Positions 9,273-18,838 of a stretch of DNA of 34,555 nt are shown one piece after another. Location: NCBI GenBank assembly GCA_027492205.1, contig JAOZFN010000007.1:76271-110825 (forward strand), read 5' to 3'. A program made the position numbers and the translations under genes. Below the pieces are notes generated by a model. That model ran no database searches and was not told the origin of the DNA. It worked only from the letters and a program-made list of their open reading frames with translations. The stretch's first letter is position 1. Each line of letters begins with the position of its first letter. This DNA is from Thermoproteota archaeon (lineage in GTDB: Archaea; Korarchaeota; Korarchaeia; Korarchaeales; Korarchaeaceae).

Positions 9273-10769
9273 TCATGAGAGCCCCTCTAGCATCTTCTTC
9301 GCCCTGCACTGCTGGCAGAGCAGGGCGGTCTCCGCGGCCTTGTCCATCCCCTGCGCCTTGAGCCTCCTGTAGACGGCCATGACCAGGCTCTGGGGTCCTA
9401 TAGGCGTCCCGCACTCGACGCACCTGGCCAGCTCGTCTGAACGGAGAACTCTGGGCTCGGATAGATCTTCACGGGGATCCAGCTCCGCGGGGTGGATCTT
9501 TATCGCCGACTCCGGACACACTTCGAGGCAGTACCCGCAGCCCACGCACAGGTCTCGCCTGAAGGTCAAGCTCGTGAGCCTCCCGCCCTTCACCAGGTGC
9601 AGGGCACCCATCGGACACTTCTCCGCGCACACACCACAGAGGGTGCACCCCTGGTCGACCTCAACCGCGGAGAGCAGACCCTCGATTTTCACCGGCTGCG
9701 AGCACAGGTTGGCCGCCATGGACAGCAGGTCCCTCCTCCTCTGGATGGTGAGGGGGGTGGGCGAGGCCCCCGCGCCCCCGACATCGACCTCCTCCGCAGC
9801 CTTGGCGATGACCTGGGGTCCACCCTCGAGGAACTGAAGGGCTACGCCCGCCTGGTTCATCAGCGGAACGAGCTTTGAGGCCTCCCCGACGATCTTGACG
9901 AACGCGTCCCTCCTGTCGCAGTCCAGCCTCGGGCAGTACAGGGCCACCCCGTCCACCCCGGACTCGGCGGCCCTGAGAATGGGGGTCCACCCCGCCGAGG
10001 CGGCACACGGCACCCTCACTGGCAGCACGTGGGCCGAGTGAACCTTCACCCTGGCCAGCTCAGACACGCCGGCGTCGCACGTGAAGAGGACAATCCACGG
10101 GAGGGCCCTCTGGGGGGGTGAGAGGAGGTCCAGGTGAGAGGCCTGCCAGTCGGAGAACGTTGGAATCTGAAGGGCCCCCGTCGGGCACACCGACGCGCAG
10201 AGTCCGCAGTCCTTGCAGGAGAACTCCGAGATCGCGGGACCCCCATCTCCGATTGTTACGGAGCCTGCCGGGCATACCTCCTCGCAGCGCCTGCAGCTAC
10301 CGGCCAGCGTACCCGGGCAGACGCCGACGAGCTTCGGCGACTCCGGGTAACTCCAGGCGCGCCGGGGGAGGCTGAGTAGCTCCCTCCTGGAGATCCTCCT
10401 CGGTGGGGTCCTAAGAGTCCTCTCGATTCCCCGAGTGAGCCTTGGAGCCTCCTCGGACCACTTCAGGGCGTACCTCAGCACGGCCGCCGCCGCGGCCTCC
10501 CGCCCCGGCCCCACCAAGTGCGACAGGGAGACTGGTATGAGCGTCAGCGGGTTTATTTCAGGGCCAGAGAGGATCCTCCTGAGCTCCGTGACGTCCGGCT
10601 CTCCGAGCGGATTCAGGATCAGGGCGGTCGGCCCCGAGAGGTAGTACTCCGGGCGCTCGAAGAGGTCTGCCGCGCTTGCGCGGACTGGCTCGGAGATCTC
10701 GGCGGATATCTCCTCGATCCACTCTTCCGTCGGCGTTACCACGACCAATTTCGGAGATTTTCCGCTCAT
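9273..10769 (-). CDS. polyferredoxin with central MvhD/FlpD-like domain (SreD-like)
   Basis: Several ferredoxin-type motifs (CRRCEEVCP, CKDCGLCASVCP, CTLCGVCAEKCP, CVGCGYCLEVCP), central LFTC...RVPCAAS...GVDGV...C...C, C-terminal CVECG/LCQQCR. Start ATG 10769; the upstream extension is AT-rich promoter DNA. Confidence 0.8.
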   Translation of the reverse strand: MSGKSPKLVVVTPTEEWIEEISAEISEPVRASAADLFERPEYYLSGPTALILNPLGEPDVTELRRILSGPEINPLTLIPVSLSHLVGPGREAAAAAVLRYALKWSEEAPRLTRGIERTLRTPPRRISRRELLSLPRRAWSYPESPKLVGVCPGTLAGSCRRCEEVCPAGSVTIGDGGPAISEFSCKDCGLCASVCPTGALQIPTFSDWQASHLDLLSPPQRALPWIVLFTCDAGVSELARVKVHSAHVLPVRVPCAASAGWTPILRAAESGVDGVALYCPRLDCDRRDAFVKIVGEASKLVPLMNQAGVALQFLEGGPQVIAKAAEEVDVGGAGASPTPLTIQRRRDLLSMAANLCSQPVKIEGLLSAVEVDQGCTLCGVCAEKCPMGALHLVKGGRLTSLTFRRDLCVGCGYCLEVCPESAIKIHPAELDPREDLSEPRVLRSDELARCVECGTPIGPQSLVMAVYRRLKAQGMDKAAETALLCQQCRAKKMLEGLS

Positions 10770-10814
10770 CCGGCCTCTCCTGGGCCGGGTGCTGAAAAAG
10801 CCCGCGGTCGGACG

Positions 10815-10905
10815 CGCGGTTATTCTACTACGGGAATATCGTTGTAAAACACAAAGCGTGTTATATTTAACATCTGTAATAACCTTCAAGTTTATATCAA
10901 TGGCT
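10815..10905. promoter_or_regulatory. AT-rich divergent promoter with overlapping inverted repeats
   Basis: TTTATAT at 10891-10897 upstream of the molybdoenzyme gene; AACAC-N5-GTGTT at 10848-10862; TGTTA-N4-TAACA at 10859-10872. Confidence 0.6.
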
Positions 10906-10931
10906 ATAGGCCCGATCTTTCAGGTGTGGCC

Positions 10932-13451
10932 ATGGCCTCAGCGAAGATCGCAAGGAGGGACTTCCTGAAGGTTGCGGCCGTCACGGGCGCGCTGGCCACG
11001 CTCTCAGGGCCGGAAGATGTGGTGATAAGGACCCTAAAGAGGGTGGAGGCAAGGGCGCTCGGGCCGCAGGAGTACACCGTTCCCGGGCTCTGCAGGATGT
11101 GCGTCAACAGCTGCGGCACATTCTTCCGCGTGAGGGACGGAAGGCTGCGCAAGATCGACCCCAACCCCAACAACCCCGCCAACGCTGGCAACCTGTGCGC
11201 AAGAGGCCAGGCCGGCGTCAGGAGGGTCTACAACCCAGACAGGCTCAAAAGGCCTCTGATTAGACGGGACAAGTCTCTCAGGGGAACGTGGCAGGGCTTC
11301 GAGGCGACCGACTGGGACACGGCCCTCGACGAGGCCGCGGCCGTGCTGAAGAAGTACATCGACGCCGGGGAGGCCAAGTCGATCATGGTCGGAGGGGGCT
11401 GGCTCCCCTGCGGCGTCTACAAGCCATACGTCGTGGCATTCGCAAAGGCCATAGGAACGCCCAACTTCGTTGGAAGCCCGCCGCCGCTCTGCTTCTTCCC
11501 GAAGGCATTCGCCTGGACGGTCACGATAGGGGCAGGAGGGCACCCGCACATCAGGGCCGACCACGAGTACGCCAACTACATCATCCTGCTCAGGAGGAAC
11601 CTCGCGGGCAGCATCGGCGTCCCCTACGCCTGGCAGTTCGCCAGGGCCAAGAAGCGGGGCGCCAAGATCGTGGTGCTCGATCCCAGGATGAGCGAGAGCG
11701 CGGCGCTGGCAGACCTGTGGGTTCCAATCAAGCCGGGGACCGACCTGGCCTTCCTCCTCGCGATGGGCCACGTTATCGTCAGCGAAGGGCTCTACGACGA
11801 GGAGTTCCTGAGGAGGTACACCAACGCCCCCATGCTCCTCAGGGCGGACAGCAACGCCCCGGCCAAGACCTGGGACGACCCCGACACCGGCAAGAAGAAG
11901 TACCTCGTGTACGACGAGGCGACCGGCGAGGCAAAAGCTCACGACGAGGCCCTTCGACCCGCCCTCGCGGGTGAGTTCGACGTTGAGATCGATGGAGAGA
12001 CGGTGAGGGTGAAGACGGCCTTCCAGGCGCTTGTCGAGAGGCTTCAGCAGTACACGCCCGAGTGGGCCTCGCAGATCTGCGACGTGCCCGCGGAGACCAT
12101 TGTGCGGGTGGCCAGAGAGTTCGGGACGATAAAGCCCGCCGTGATAGACCCAGGCTGGCACGACCCGAAGTACCAGAACTCGGTGCAGACTTGGAGGATG
12201 GTGGCAATTCTCAACGCCCTCGTGGGCAACATCGACAGGCCGGGAGGCCTGATATTCAACGCCGCGGGCAGGAGCCTGAAGTCCTCTGCCCTGCCGGATG
12301 CTAGGGCAGACGTCCAGTGGATGAAGAAGAAGGGGATCATAGTCTCCACGGCCCAGCCTATGATCCTGGCCTACTACGACGCCATAGTCAACGGCGACCC
12401 GTACCCCATAAAGGCCGCCGTGCTGACCGGTGGCAACTGGATCAGAACCCTGCCCGACGACAGGAAGTGGAAGGAGGCGTTCAAGAAGCTCGAGGACGTC
12501 ATAGCCATCGACGTCATGCCCAACGACACGGTCTCCTACGCGGACATCATCCTGCCGGACACCACGTACCCCGAGAGGGACGACCCCATGTTCGGCGTCG
12601 GGTTCTCGCCGGACGCAGCCGTGGCGACCAGCGTCAGGGCCATCGACCCGATCTACGACTGCAGGCCCATGATCGACATCCTCGTGCAGCTGGCGGACAG
12701 GCTGGGCAAGAAGGATGCCTACTTCCAGAACCTTGGGGCCATGCTGGGCGTCGACGGGGCGGCCCTCAAGTCCGCGTATGAGTCCGAGGGGATCGCTGGC
12801 ATAAGGAGGGTGCAGGTGGAGGCGAAGGGGGTTAGCTACGACGAGATCGTGGCGAAGGGCGCCGTCGTGCTCAAGGCGAGAGACCAGCTCATCGGCACGA
12901 TGCCGTACAAGAAGCCCCTGGGCACGCCGAGCGGCAAGGTTGAGATCTACAGCCTCAAGATGGCTGGGATAATGGCCAAGAAGGGCTACAGCGAGCACTG
13001 GGACCCCATTCCGACCTGGATCCCGCCCAGGGTCATGGACGGGGTCGGCGGCAACGTGTTCTACCTCACCTACGGGAGGAGCCCGATCGCGAGCCACACC
13101 CACACCGCCGACAACGACCTGCTCGCCAGCATAGGGAGGCCCGAGCACTTCGGCGTATGGATCAACGCTGCCAAGGCCGCCGAACTCGGCATCAGGGACG
13201 GCGACATGGTGAAGCTGACCAGCCTGGCCACCGGCCAGTCCGTCGTCGCCAAGGCCTTCGTCACCGACGGCGTGAGGCCGGACACCGTGTTCACCGTGTC
13301 CGCCTGGGGCGCCGAGAGCGAGGAGCTGAAGGTCGCCAAGGGGATCGGTGGAGTCGCCTTGAACAAGCTCTGGCCGATGCACGAGGACCTGTTCACGCTG
13401 CTGCCCAACGCGATGACTCAGGAGGTACTTGTTAGGGTGGAGAAGGCGTGA
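10932..13451 (+). CDS. molybdopterin oxidoreductase catalytic subunit, PsrA/PhsA/SreA family, Tat-exported
   Basis: Tat motif ARRDFLK, FS0 motif CRMCVNSC...LCARG, YNPDRLKRPL, candidate Mo-ligand Cys in PLCFFPK, PIKPGTDLA, C-terminal WINAAKAAELGIRDGD. Confidence 0.92.
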   Translation: MASAKIARRDFLKVAAVTGALATLSGPEDVVIRTLKRVEARALGPQEYTVPGLCRMCVNSCGTFFRVRDGRLRKIDPNPNNPANAGNLCARGQAGVRRVYNPDRLKRPLIRRDKSLRGTWQGFEATDWDTALDEAAAVLKKYIDAGEAKSIMVGGGWLPCGVYKPYVVAFAKAIGTPNFVGSPPPLCFFPKAFAWTVTIGAGGHPHIRADHEYANYIILLRRNLAGSIGVPYAWQFARAKKRGAKIVVLDPRMSESAALADLWVPIKPGTDLAFLLAMGHVIVSEGLYDEEFLRRYTNAPMLLRADSNAPAKTWDDPDTGKKKYLVYDEATGEAKAHDEALRPALAGEFDVEIDGETVRVKTAFQALVERLQQYTPEWASQICDVPAETIVRVAREFGTIKPAVIDPGWHDPKYQNSVQTWRMVAILNALVGNIDRPGGLIFNAAGRSLKSSALPDARADVQWMKKKGIIVSTAQPMILAYYDAIVNGDPYPIKAAVLTGGNWIRTLPDDRKWKEAFKKLEDVIAIDVMPNDTVSYADIILPDTTYPERDDPMFGVGFSPDAAVATSVRAIDPIYDCRPMIDILVQLADRLGKKDAYFQNLGAMLGVDGAALKSAYESEGIAGIRRVQVEAKGVSYDEIVAKGAVVLKARDQLIGTMPYKKPLGTPSGKVEIYSLKMAGIMAKKGYSEHWDPIPTWIPPRVMDGVGGNVFYLTYGRSPIASHTHTADNDLLASIGRPEHFGVWINAAKAAELGIRDGDMVKLTSLATGQSVVAKAFVTDGVRPDTVFTVSAWGAESEELKVAKGIGGVALNKLWPMHEDLFTLLPNAMTQEVLVRVEKA

Positions 13452-13461
13452 GGTGGTGAGT

Positions 13462-14025
13462 ATGACGAGGTACGGGATGATTATAGACCTCCGCAGCTGC
13501 ATAGGCTGCGGGGCCTGCATAGCCGCGTGCGACATGGAGAACGAGACCCCGTGGGAGGAGGGCAAGCGCAGGACCTACGTGCCCAGGTTCACCTTCGGCA
13601 GCTACCCCAACGTCACCGTCGTCTACATGCCGAGGCTGTGCATGCACTGCGAGAACCCGCCCTGCGTGTCCGTCTGCCCCACCGGGGCCAGCCACGTCAC
13701 CGCAGACGGGGTAGTCCTTGTGGAGCACGACCTGTGCATCGGGTGCAAGTACTGCGTCGTCGCGTGCCCCTACGACGCCAGGTACGTGGACGAGAGGATA
13801 CGCTCGGTGGACAAGTGCACCTTCTGCTACACCAACAGGGTCCTCAAGGGTGAGGTCCCGGCGTGCGATGCCACCTGCCCCGGCAGGGTGAGGATCTTCG
13901 GCGACCTCGACGACCCCAACAGCGAGGCTGGCAGGCTCGCCGCGAGCGGGCTCGCCAAGCCGCTGAGGCCCGACCTCGGAACAAACCCGAAGGTGCTCTA
14001 CGTCCCGAAGGTTAAGTCCATTTGA
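13462..14025 (+). CDS. four-cluster electron-transfer subunit (PsrB/NrfC/DmsB family)
   Basis: CIGCGACIAAC, CMHCENPPCVSVCP, CIGCKYCVVACP, KCTFC...PACDATCP, FGDLDDPNS. ATG 13462 after GAGGTGGTGA. Confidence 0.93.
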   Translation: MTRYGMIIDLRSCIGCGACIAACDMENETPWEEGKRRTYVPRFTFGSYPNVTVVYMPRLCMHCENPPCVSVCPTGASHVTADGVVLVEHDLCIGCKYCVVACPYDARYVDERIRSVDKCTFCYTNRVLKGEVPACDATCPGRVRIFGDLDDPNSEAGRLAASGLAKPLRPDLGTNPKVLYVPKVKSI

Positions 14026-14036
14026 GGTGGTGGTCG

Positions 14037-14978
14037 ATGGAGCCGGTAGTTCAGCACGTTTGGGGCTGGCTGATCGCCCTCTACCTGTTCTTGGGCGGTA
14101 TGGGCGGAGCCACCATGATCGTGGCCCACTACTTCTACGCCTCCAAGAGAGAGAAGTCCCTGGCTGCACCGGGGGCGCTGGCGTCGCTGATCATGGTCGT
14201 CCTAGGTGCGCTGTTCCTGATCCTGGACCTGGAGAAGCCGGAGAAGTTCTACCTGGCCGTGATCAAGTTCCAGACGTCCTCGTGGGTCTTCAGGGGGACC
14301 ATGATACTGAGCGGGTTCATCGTGTTCGGCGCGCTCTACGCGGCCGGCCTGCTCCCCTGGTTCCAGTGGGTGCCCTGGGCCAAGAGCGAGAGGGCCATGG
14401 ACGCGCTCGGGCTGATCGCCTCCGCGTTCGGGCTGCTGGTCACAACCTACACGGGAATCCTGCTCGGCGTCCTCAAGGCGGTGCCCTTCTGGCACTCCCC
14501 CGCACTTCCGGCCCTATTCGTCGCCAGCGGGCTGGCGACCGGGATAGCGGCCATGGGCATAATCAACGCCCTCCAGGGACTTAGGAGGCCGGTAGATGAG
14601 AGGGTGAGGTTCGTCGGATACTGCACCACGCTCTCCAAGTGGGCCGCCATAGTCGTGGGGGCGGAGATGTTCATCCTCGCCCTGTACTACTACGTCAACA
14701 TGTTCGGCCCCGCCGAGGCGTCCTCTGCGGTCAGCATGATGCTCTTCGGCGAACTGAGGAGGTCCTTCCTGGCCTACCTGGACTTCGTCCTCCTCGGCGC
14801 GGCGCTGCTGTCGATGCTGTACCACGTGAGGAAGGCGGACCTGATCGCCGGAAGGGATCAGAGCGTCGTGAAGAGCTGCATACTGCCCCTCGGAGGCGCC
14901 ATCTTGATAATAATCGGCGGGCTCCTACTCAGGAGGACAATCCTCGAGGCTGGGGTCATGACCCAGTTCGCCCCGTGA
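14037..14978 (+). CDS. PsrC/NrfD-family quinone-reactive membrane anchor
   Basis: WGWLIALYLFLGG, LILDLEKPEKF, SSWVFRG, YTGILLG...PFWHSPALPALFVASGLATG; multiple hydrophobic helices. Confidence 0.92.
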   Translation: MEPVVQHVWGWLIALYLFLGGMGGATMIVAHYFYASKREKSLAAPGALASLIMVVLGALFLILDLEKPEKFYLAVIKFQTSSWVFRGTMILSGFIVFGALYAAGLLPWFQWVPWAKSERAMDALGLIASAFGLLVTTYTGILLGVLKAVPFWHSPALPALFVASGLATGIAAMGIINALQGLRRPVDERVRFVGYCTTLSKWAAIVVGAEMFILALYYYVNMFGPAEASSAVSMMLFGELRRSFLAYLDFVLLGAALLSMLYHVRKADLIAGRDQSVVKSCILPLGGAILIIIGGLLLRRTILEAGVMTQFAP

Positions 14979-15007
14979 GCGGGGGTCTCCCCCTCCCCCA
15001 CTTTTTG
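14979..15007 (+). terminator. candidate pyrimidine/oligo-T terminator after the psrABC-like operon
   Basis: CTCCCCCTCCCCCACTTTTT directly after the stop; oligo-T termination is typical of archaea. Confidence 0.4.
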
Positions 15008-15075
15008 CATATTCGGCTCGAACCGGGCTTCCCCCGCCGACTTGCCAGGTCCATTCAGTTTTGGTGCGAAAGAGA

Positions 15076-15735
15076 TCACGGCAGTCCCAAGATCCCCGCC
15101 TCATCCTCGACGTACGCCGAGAGGGCCGTGACGGCCTCTCGGTAGAAACCGACCTTTGACTCGCGCCTGACGCACTCCGAGAAGGCTGGCACCCACCTTC
15201 TCAGGTGTTCCACCAGCCTACGGAGATCCCTCTCAGCCTTCTCAGCCTCTTCAGGGTCCCCCTCCTGAATTCCGAGCTTCACCTGCTCCAGAAGGTAGGC
15301 CGCAAGCTCCAGCTCAACTGCCACGTGCTCTGGGAGGTCCCTGAAGTCGTCCGACACGCCGAGACCCCAGCCCCTCAAGATCGCGAGAATCTCAGAGACC
15401 TCATCTGACAAGACTTCCCTCTCCTTCGACACGTAGACCGACTCGTACGGGGGGCAGGGTAGCTTGGGATGGGCGGAGATGAAAAGCCTGGTGTACTCCT
15501 TCCGGAGATCAGGGACGTCTGTGTCCGCGTTGAGTGCCGCCAACAGCTTTTCAAATTCCTCAACAGAGTCGTAACCCAGCTCCTCCAGTTCTGGCAGGCA
15601 TCTGCTGAGCGCCTTCTCGGCCCAGCCACCGAAGAGGAGGTCCTCCACCTCTCCCTCTGGGTACTGAAGTGCGAGAGCCAGAACCGAGTAGGCGGTGGCC
15701 CTCGCAGCAAAGAGGGTAGGGTCTGGAGCATCCAT
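15076..15735 (-). CDS. TorD/DmsD-family molybdoenzyme chaperone
   Basis: EYTRLF...PCPPYESVY and LPEHVAVELE motifs. ATG 15735 (alternative GTG 15744). Confidence 0.9.
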   Translation of the reverse strand: MDAPDPTLFAARATAYSVLALALQYPEGEVEDLLFGGWAEKALSRCLPELEELGYDSVEEFEKLLAALNADTDVPDLRKEYTRLFISAHPKLPCPPYESVYVSKEREVLSDEVSEILAILRGWGLGVSDDFRDLPEHVAVELELAAYLLEQVKLGIQEGDPEEAEKAERDLRRLVEHLRRWVPAFSECVRRESKVGFYREAVTALSAYVEDEAGILGLP

Positions 15736-15857
15736 TTCCCTCACCCAGCCTGCGTCTCTAGTTCTCGACCAATTTAAAGGCTCCAGGCCTGAACCTCAGC
15801 CTCCTCGCGGGCGGAGAAATCCTTATCCGGCTCCCCCCTTGGGGGGATTCGAGTCGG

Positions 15858-16334
15858 ATGGACCTCACGGTCAGGGATCAGGAGTACCTGGAGGCGATGC
15901 TCTTTCTCCTGTGGAGAAAGGGGGCCATTCGGGTTGGGGACCTGGCCAGGGAACTCGGAGTCAAGCCGTCGAGCGTGGTGGACGCCCTGGAGAGACTCGC
16001 AGACAAGGGTCTCGTGGCCTACAGAAAGAGGGGAGAGATTTCGCTGACCAACTCGGGCCTTGAGATGGCTCAGGAGATAGCGAAGCGGCACGAGATTCTC
16101 AAAAGATTCTTCGTCGAGGTGCTGGGGATAAGTGAGGACATAGCTGAGAGGGACGCCTGCTATCTTGAGCACGGAATCCACAGAGAGACGCTTGAGAGGG
16201 TCCTACTCTTCCTAGAATTCATCTCTAAGTGCCCAAGGGATCAACCGAATTTCCTTCGACACTTTCAGCATTTCGTCGAGACGGGAGAATGCCCAGAGGA
16301 GTGCAGCAGGGGCGGGTCGGGCGAGGACCTTTGA
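15858..16334 (+). CDS. DtxR/MntR-family metal-dependent transcriptional regulator
   Basis: EYLEAM, DLARELGVKPSSV HTH, RHEILKRFF, ACYLEHGI metal site. Confidence 0.93.
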   Translation: MDLTVRDQEYLEAMLFLLWRKGAIRVGDLARELGVKPSSVVDALERLADKGLVAYRKRGEISLTNSGLEMAQEIAKRHEILKRFFVEVLGISEDIAERDACYLEHGIHRETLERVLLFLEFISKCPRDQPNFLRHFQHFVETGECPEECSRGGSGEDL

Positions 16335-16338
16335 GAAA

Positions 16339-16368
16339 AACCTAAATATAATTTAGGTTAACCTAACA
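16339..16368. promoter_or_regulatory. DtxR-type operator overlapping the feoAB promoter
   Basis: Perfect palindrome TTAGGTTAACCTAA at 16353-16366, interlocked with AACCTAAA-N5-TTTAGGTT at 16339-16359; lies between the DtxR gene and feoA. Confidence 0.8.
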
Positions 16369-16461
16369 GGGTTATCCATGGGGCGAGGGAGCGGGGAGGG
16401 CAAGGGTTATCTCAGGGCTGTCGAGTATCCCGCCGAAACCATCGGCAACGAGGTGGAGCGA

Positions 16462-16698
16462 TTGTCGGGGCAGCCATTGATACCACTGTCCAACCTACCC
16501 CCCGGGGCTCGGGCCGTCGTCATAGAAATCAGGGCTGGCAGGGGGCTGACCAGGCGGCTGATGGAGATGGGGCTCCTGCCCGGAAGCGAGATAACCGTTC
16601 TATCCAACTCCGCAGGCCCCCTCCTCGTCTCCGTCCGAGGGGTCACCCTCTCCCTCGGCCGGGGGATTGCCTCGAAGGTCTTCGTTCAGCTCGCGTAA
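16462..16698 (+). CDS. feoA: ferrous iron transport protein A
   Basis: RRLMEMGLLPGSEI...GPLLVSVRGVTLSLGRGIASKVFV. TTG 16462 after GAGGTGG gives a typical 78-aa length (alternative ATG 16378). Confidence 0.9.
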   Translation: MSGQPLIPLSNLPPGARAVVIEIRAGRGLTRRLMEMGLLPGSEITVLSNSAGPLLVSVRGVTLSLGRGIASKVFVQLA

Positions 16699-16713
16699 GA
16701 GCGGGGGGTCGCC

Positions 16714-18837
16714 TTGAGAAGATCGAGCCAAGGCGATGAGATCGTAGTGGCGCTCGTGGCCAACCCCAACGTGGGGAAGAGCACCCTCTTCAACACGCTG
16801 ACTGGAGAGACTGCTCACGTGGCCAACTGGCCCGGGGTCACGGTGGGGGTGAACCAGGGGTACGTCGAGCACCACGGCATCCGACTGAAGATAGTCGACC
16901 TCCCGGGAACCTACGGGCTCTCGGTCGGGGCTAAGCAGGTCGCCGAGGCCATAACGGGTGAGTTCATCATCAGACACCAGCCGGACGTCGTTGTGGTTCT
17001 CGCAGATGCCACCGCCCTGGAGAGGACCCTGTACATGGCCGTTCTGGTGTTGGAGCTCACGGGCAGGGTCGTGCTGGCCGTAAACATGATGGATGTGGCT
17101 CAAAAGCGGGCGATTCACATCGATCTGGACGGCCTAGAGGGGGGTCTGGGGGTACCCGTCGTGGGGATCTCCGCCCTGAGGGGTATCGGTCTGGGCGTCC
17201 TACTTGACAGGATTCTCGACGTGGCTCAGGGTAGGGCCGGGAGGCGGCCCCTCCGGGTGGACTACGGTCCCCTCGAGCCGTACATAGCCGAGGTGGAGAG
17301 GCTCATCAGGGGCTGTGAGGCGCTGTCCGGCTACCCCCCGAGGTGGGCGGCCGTCAAGCTCGTGGAGGGGGACGAGGGGGTCGTCGAGACCCTCCGCAGG
17401 GCCGATCCCGCGCTCCTGAAGAGGGTGCTCGAGGTCAGGGGGCGGGCGGAAGGTGAGCTGAGGGCCGCCCCCGAGGAGATGATGGTCCAGGCGAGGTACT
17501 CCCTAGTCTCAAAGATCCTGGAAGGGAAGGTGAAGGTCACCAGGCTGGCCTCCCTCGGGCTGGCGGAGCGCCTGGACAAGATCGCCCTTCACCCGGTCGT
17601 GGGGCCGTTCTTCTCGCTGCTGGTCCTCTTCTCATCGTTCATCGCCGTGTTCGCCGTCAACACCGGCAGCCCCGTCGACATGCTGCTGGACTACCTCGGG
17701 CTGCACGGGGCGGCCGAGCTGGTCGGGGAGTACAGCCTCGTGTCTCTGATAAGCGGGCTATTCGACTCGCTGGCGGGCCTGATTGGGGGGATCCTCCTGC
17801 AGTCTGACAGCCCGGGGTGGCTCGCGTCTCTTCTGTCTGAGGGGGTCGTGTCTGGGCTTGGCCTCGTGCTGAGCTTCCTCCCCCTCGTGTTCACGGTGTT
17901 CCTCCTGCTGGGCATCCTCCAAGACAGCGGAATCATGTCCAGGGTCGCGGTCATCCTCGACAGGTTCTTCAGGAGGTTCGGCGTAAGCGGTAGGGCCGTG
18001 TTCCCCGCGGTTCTTGGGTTCGGATGCAACGTCCCAGCGATCCTGGCGACGAGAGCAATGGACGACGACAGGGAGAGGATAGTGACCGCCCTGGCGGCTC
18101 CGATGATACCGTGCCAGGCCAGGCTGATAGTCACCGTGGCCCTGGCGGCGTCAATCGCCCAGACCCCCGCAGGGCAGGCGGCTGTGCTGGTGGGGCTCTA
18201 CGCCGTTCAGGTCGCGCTCTACCTGCTGACCGCCCTGGTCATGAACAGGCTGATCTTCAAGACCTCTGTGGCTCCCGACCTCCTCCTGGAGATACCCCCC
18301 TACCACACCCCAAGCCTGAAGGTGGCCTGGTGGTACGCGAGGACCAACTCCCTACACTTTCTGAAGAAGGCGGGAACGATAATCTTCGGGGCAAACCTCG
18401 TCTTCTGGGTTCTGCTCCACCTGGGTCCTGAGGGCTTCGTAGAGGGCGCCGAGATTCCCGCGACAAGCGTGGGCGCTTTGTTAGGACGGGCCCTCGAGCC
18501 CATCGGAACCCTGTTTGGCCTCGGAGACTGGAGGGTAATGCTCGCCCTGATCTCAGGCTTCATAGCGAGAGAGGCCGTTCTGACGACTCTAGCAGCGGTG
18601 ACGGGGGTCGGTGATCCCCTGCAGGCCGTGTCGGCGCTGGGTCTCACGCCCGCGCAGGCCCTGTCTCTCGCAATTCTGAGCATGGCGTATACCCCGTGCG
18701 CAGCCACACTCGCGGTGATAAAGCAGGAAGTCAGGCTTGTTGGCCTGTTAATCAAGCAGCTGGTCTATCAGTTGACGGTTGCGGTGGTCTTAGCCGCAAC
18801 GGTGTACTGGGGGGCCGTGATACTGGGGATGTCATAA
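16714..18837 (+). CDS. feoB: ferrous iron transport protein B
   Basis: NPNVGKST, NWPGVTV, DLPGTY, NMMD, GFGCNVPAI, PCQARL, LEIPPY, YTPCAATL. Confidence 0.96.
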   Translation: MRRSSQGDEIVVALVANPNVGKSTLFNTLTGETAHVANWPGVTVGVNQGYVEHHGIRLKIVDLPGTYGLSVGAKQVAEAITGEFIIRHQPDVVVVLADATALERTLYMAVLVLELTGRVVLAVNMMDVAQKRAIHIDLDGLEGGLGVPVVGISALRGIGLGVLLDRILDVAQGRAGRRPLRVDYGPLEPYIAEVERLIRGCEALSGYPPRWAAVKLVEGDEGVVETLRRADPALLKRVLEVRGRAEGELRAAPEEMMVQARYSLVSKILEGKVKVTRLASLGLAERLDKIALHPVVGPFFSLLVLFSSFIAVFAVNTGSPVDMLLDYLGLHGAAELVGEYSLVSLISGLFDSLAGLIGGILLQSDSPGWLASLLSEGVVSGLGLVLSFLPLVFTVFLLLGILQDSGIMSRVAVILDRFFRRFGVSGRAVFPAVLGFGCNVPAILATRAMDDDRERIVTALAAPMIPCQARLIVTVALAASIAQTPAGQAAVLVGLYAVQVALYLLTALVMNRLIFKTSVAPDLLLEIPPYHTPSLKVAWWYARTNSLHFLKKAGTIIFGANLVFWVLLHLGPEGFVEGAEIPATSVGALLGRALEPIGTLFGLGDWRVMLALISGFIAREAVLTTLAAVTGVGDPLQAVSALGLTPAQALSLAILSMAYTPCAATLAVIKQEVRLVGLLIKQLVYQLTVAVVLAATVYWGAVILGMS

Positions 18838-18838
18838 G

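Noticed and set aside
11034-13565. 843-aa minus-strand ORF
   Set aside because: Antisense shadow of the high-GC3 molybdoenzyme gene; no recognisable motifs.
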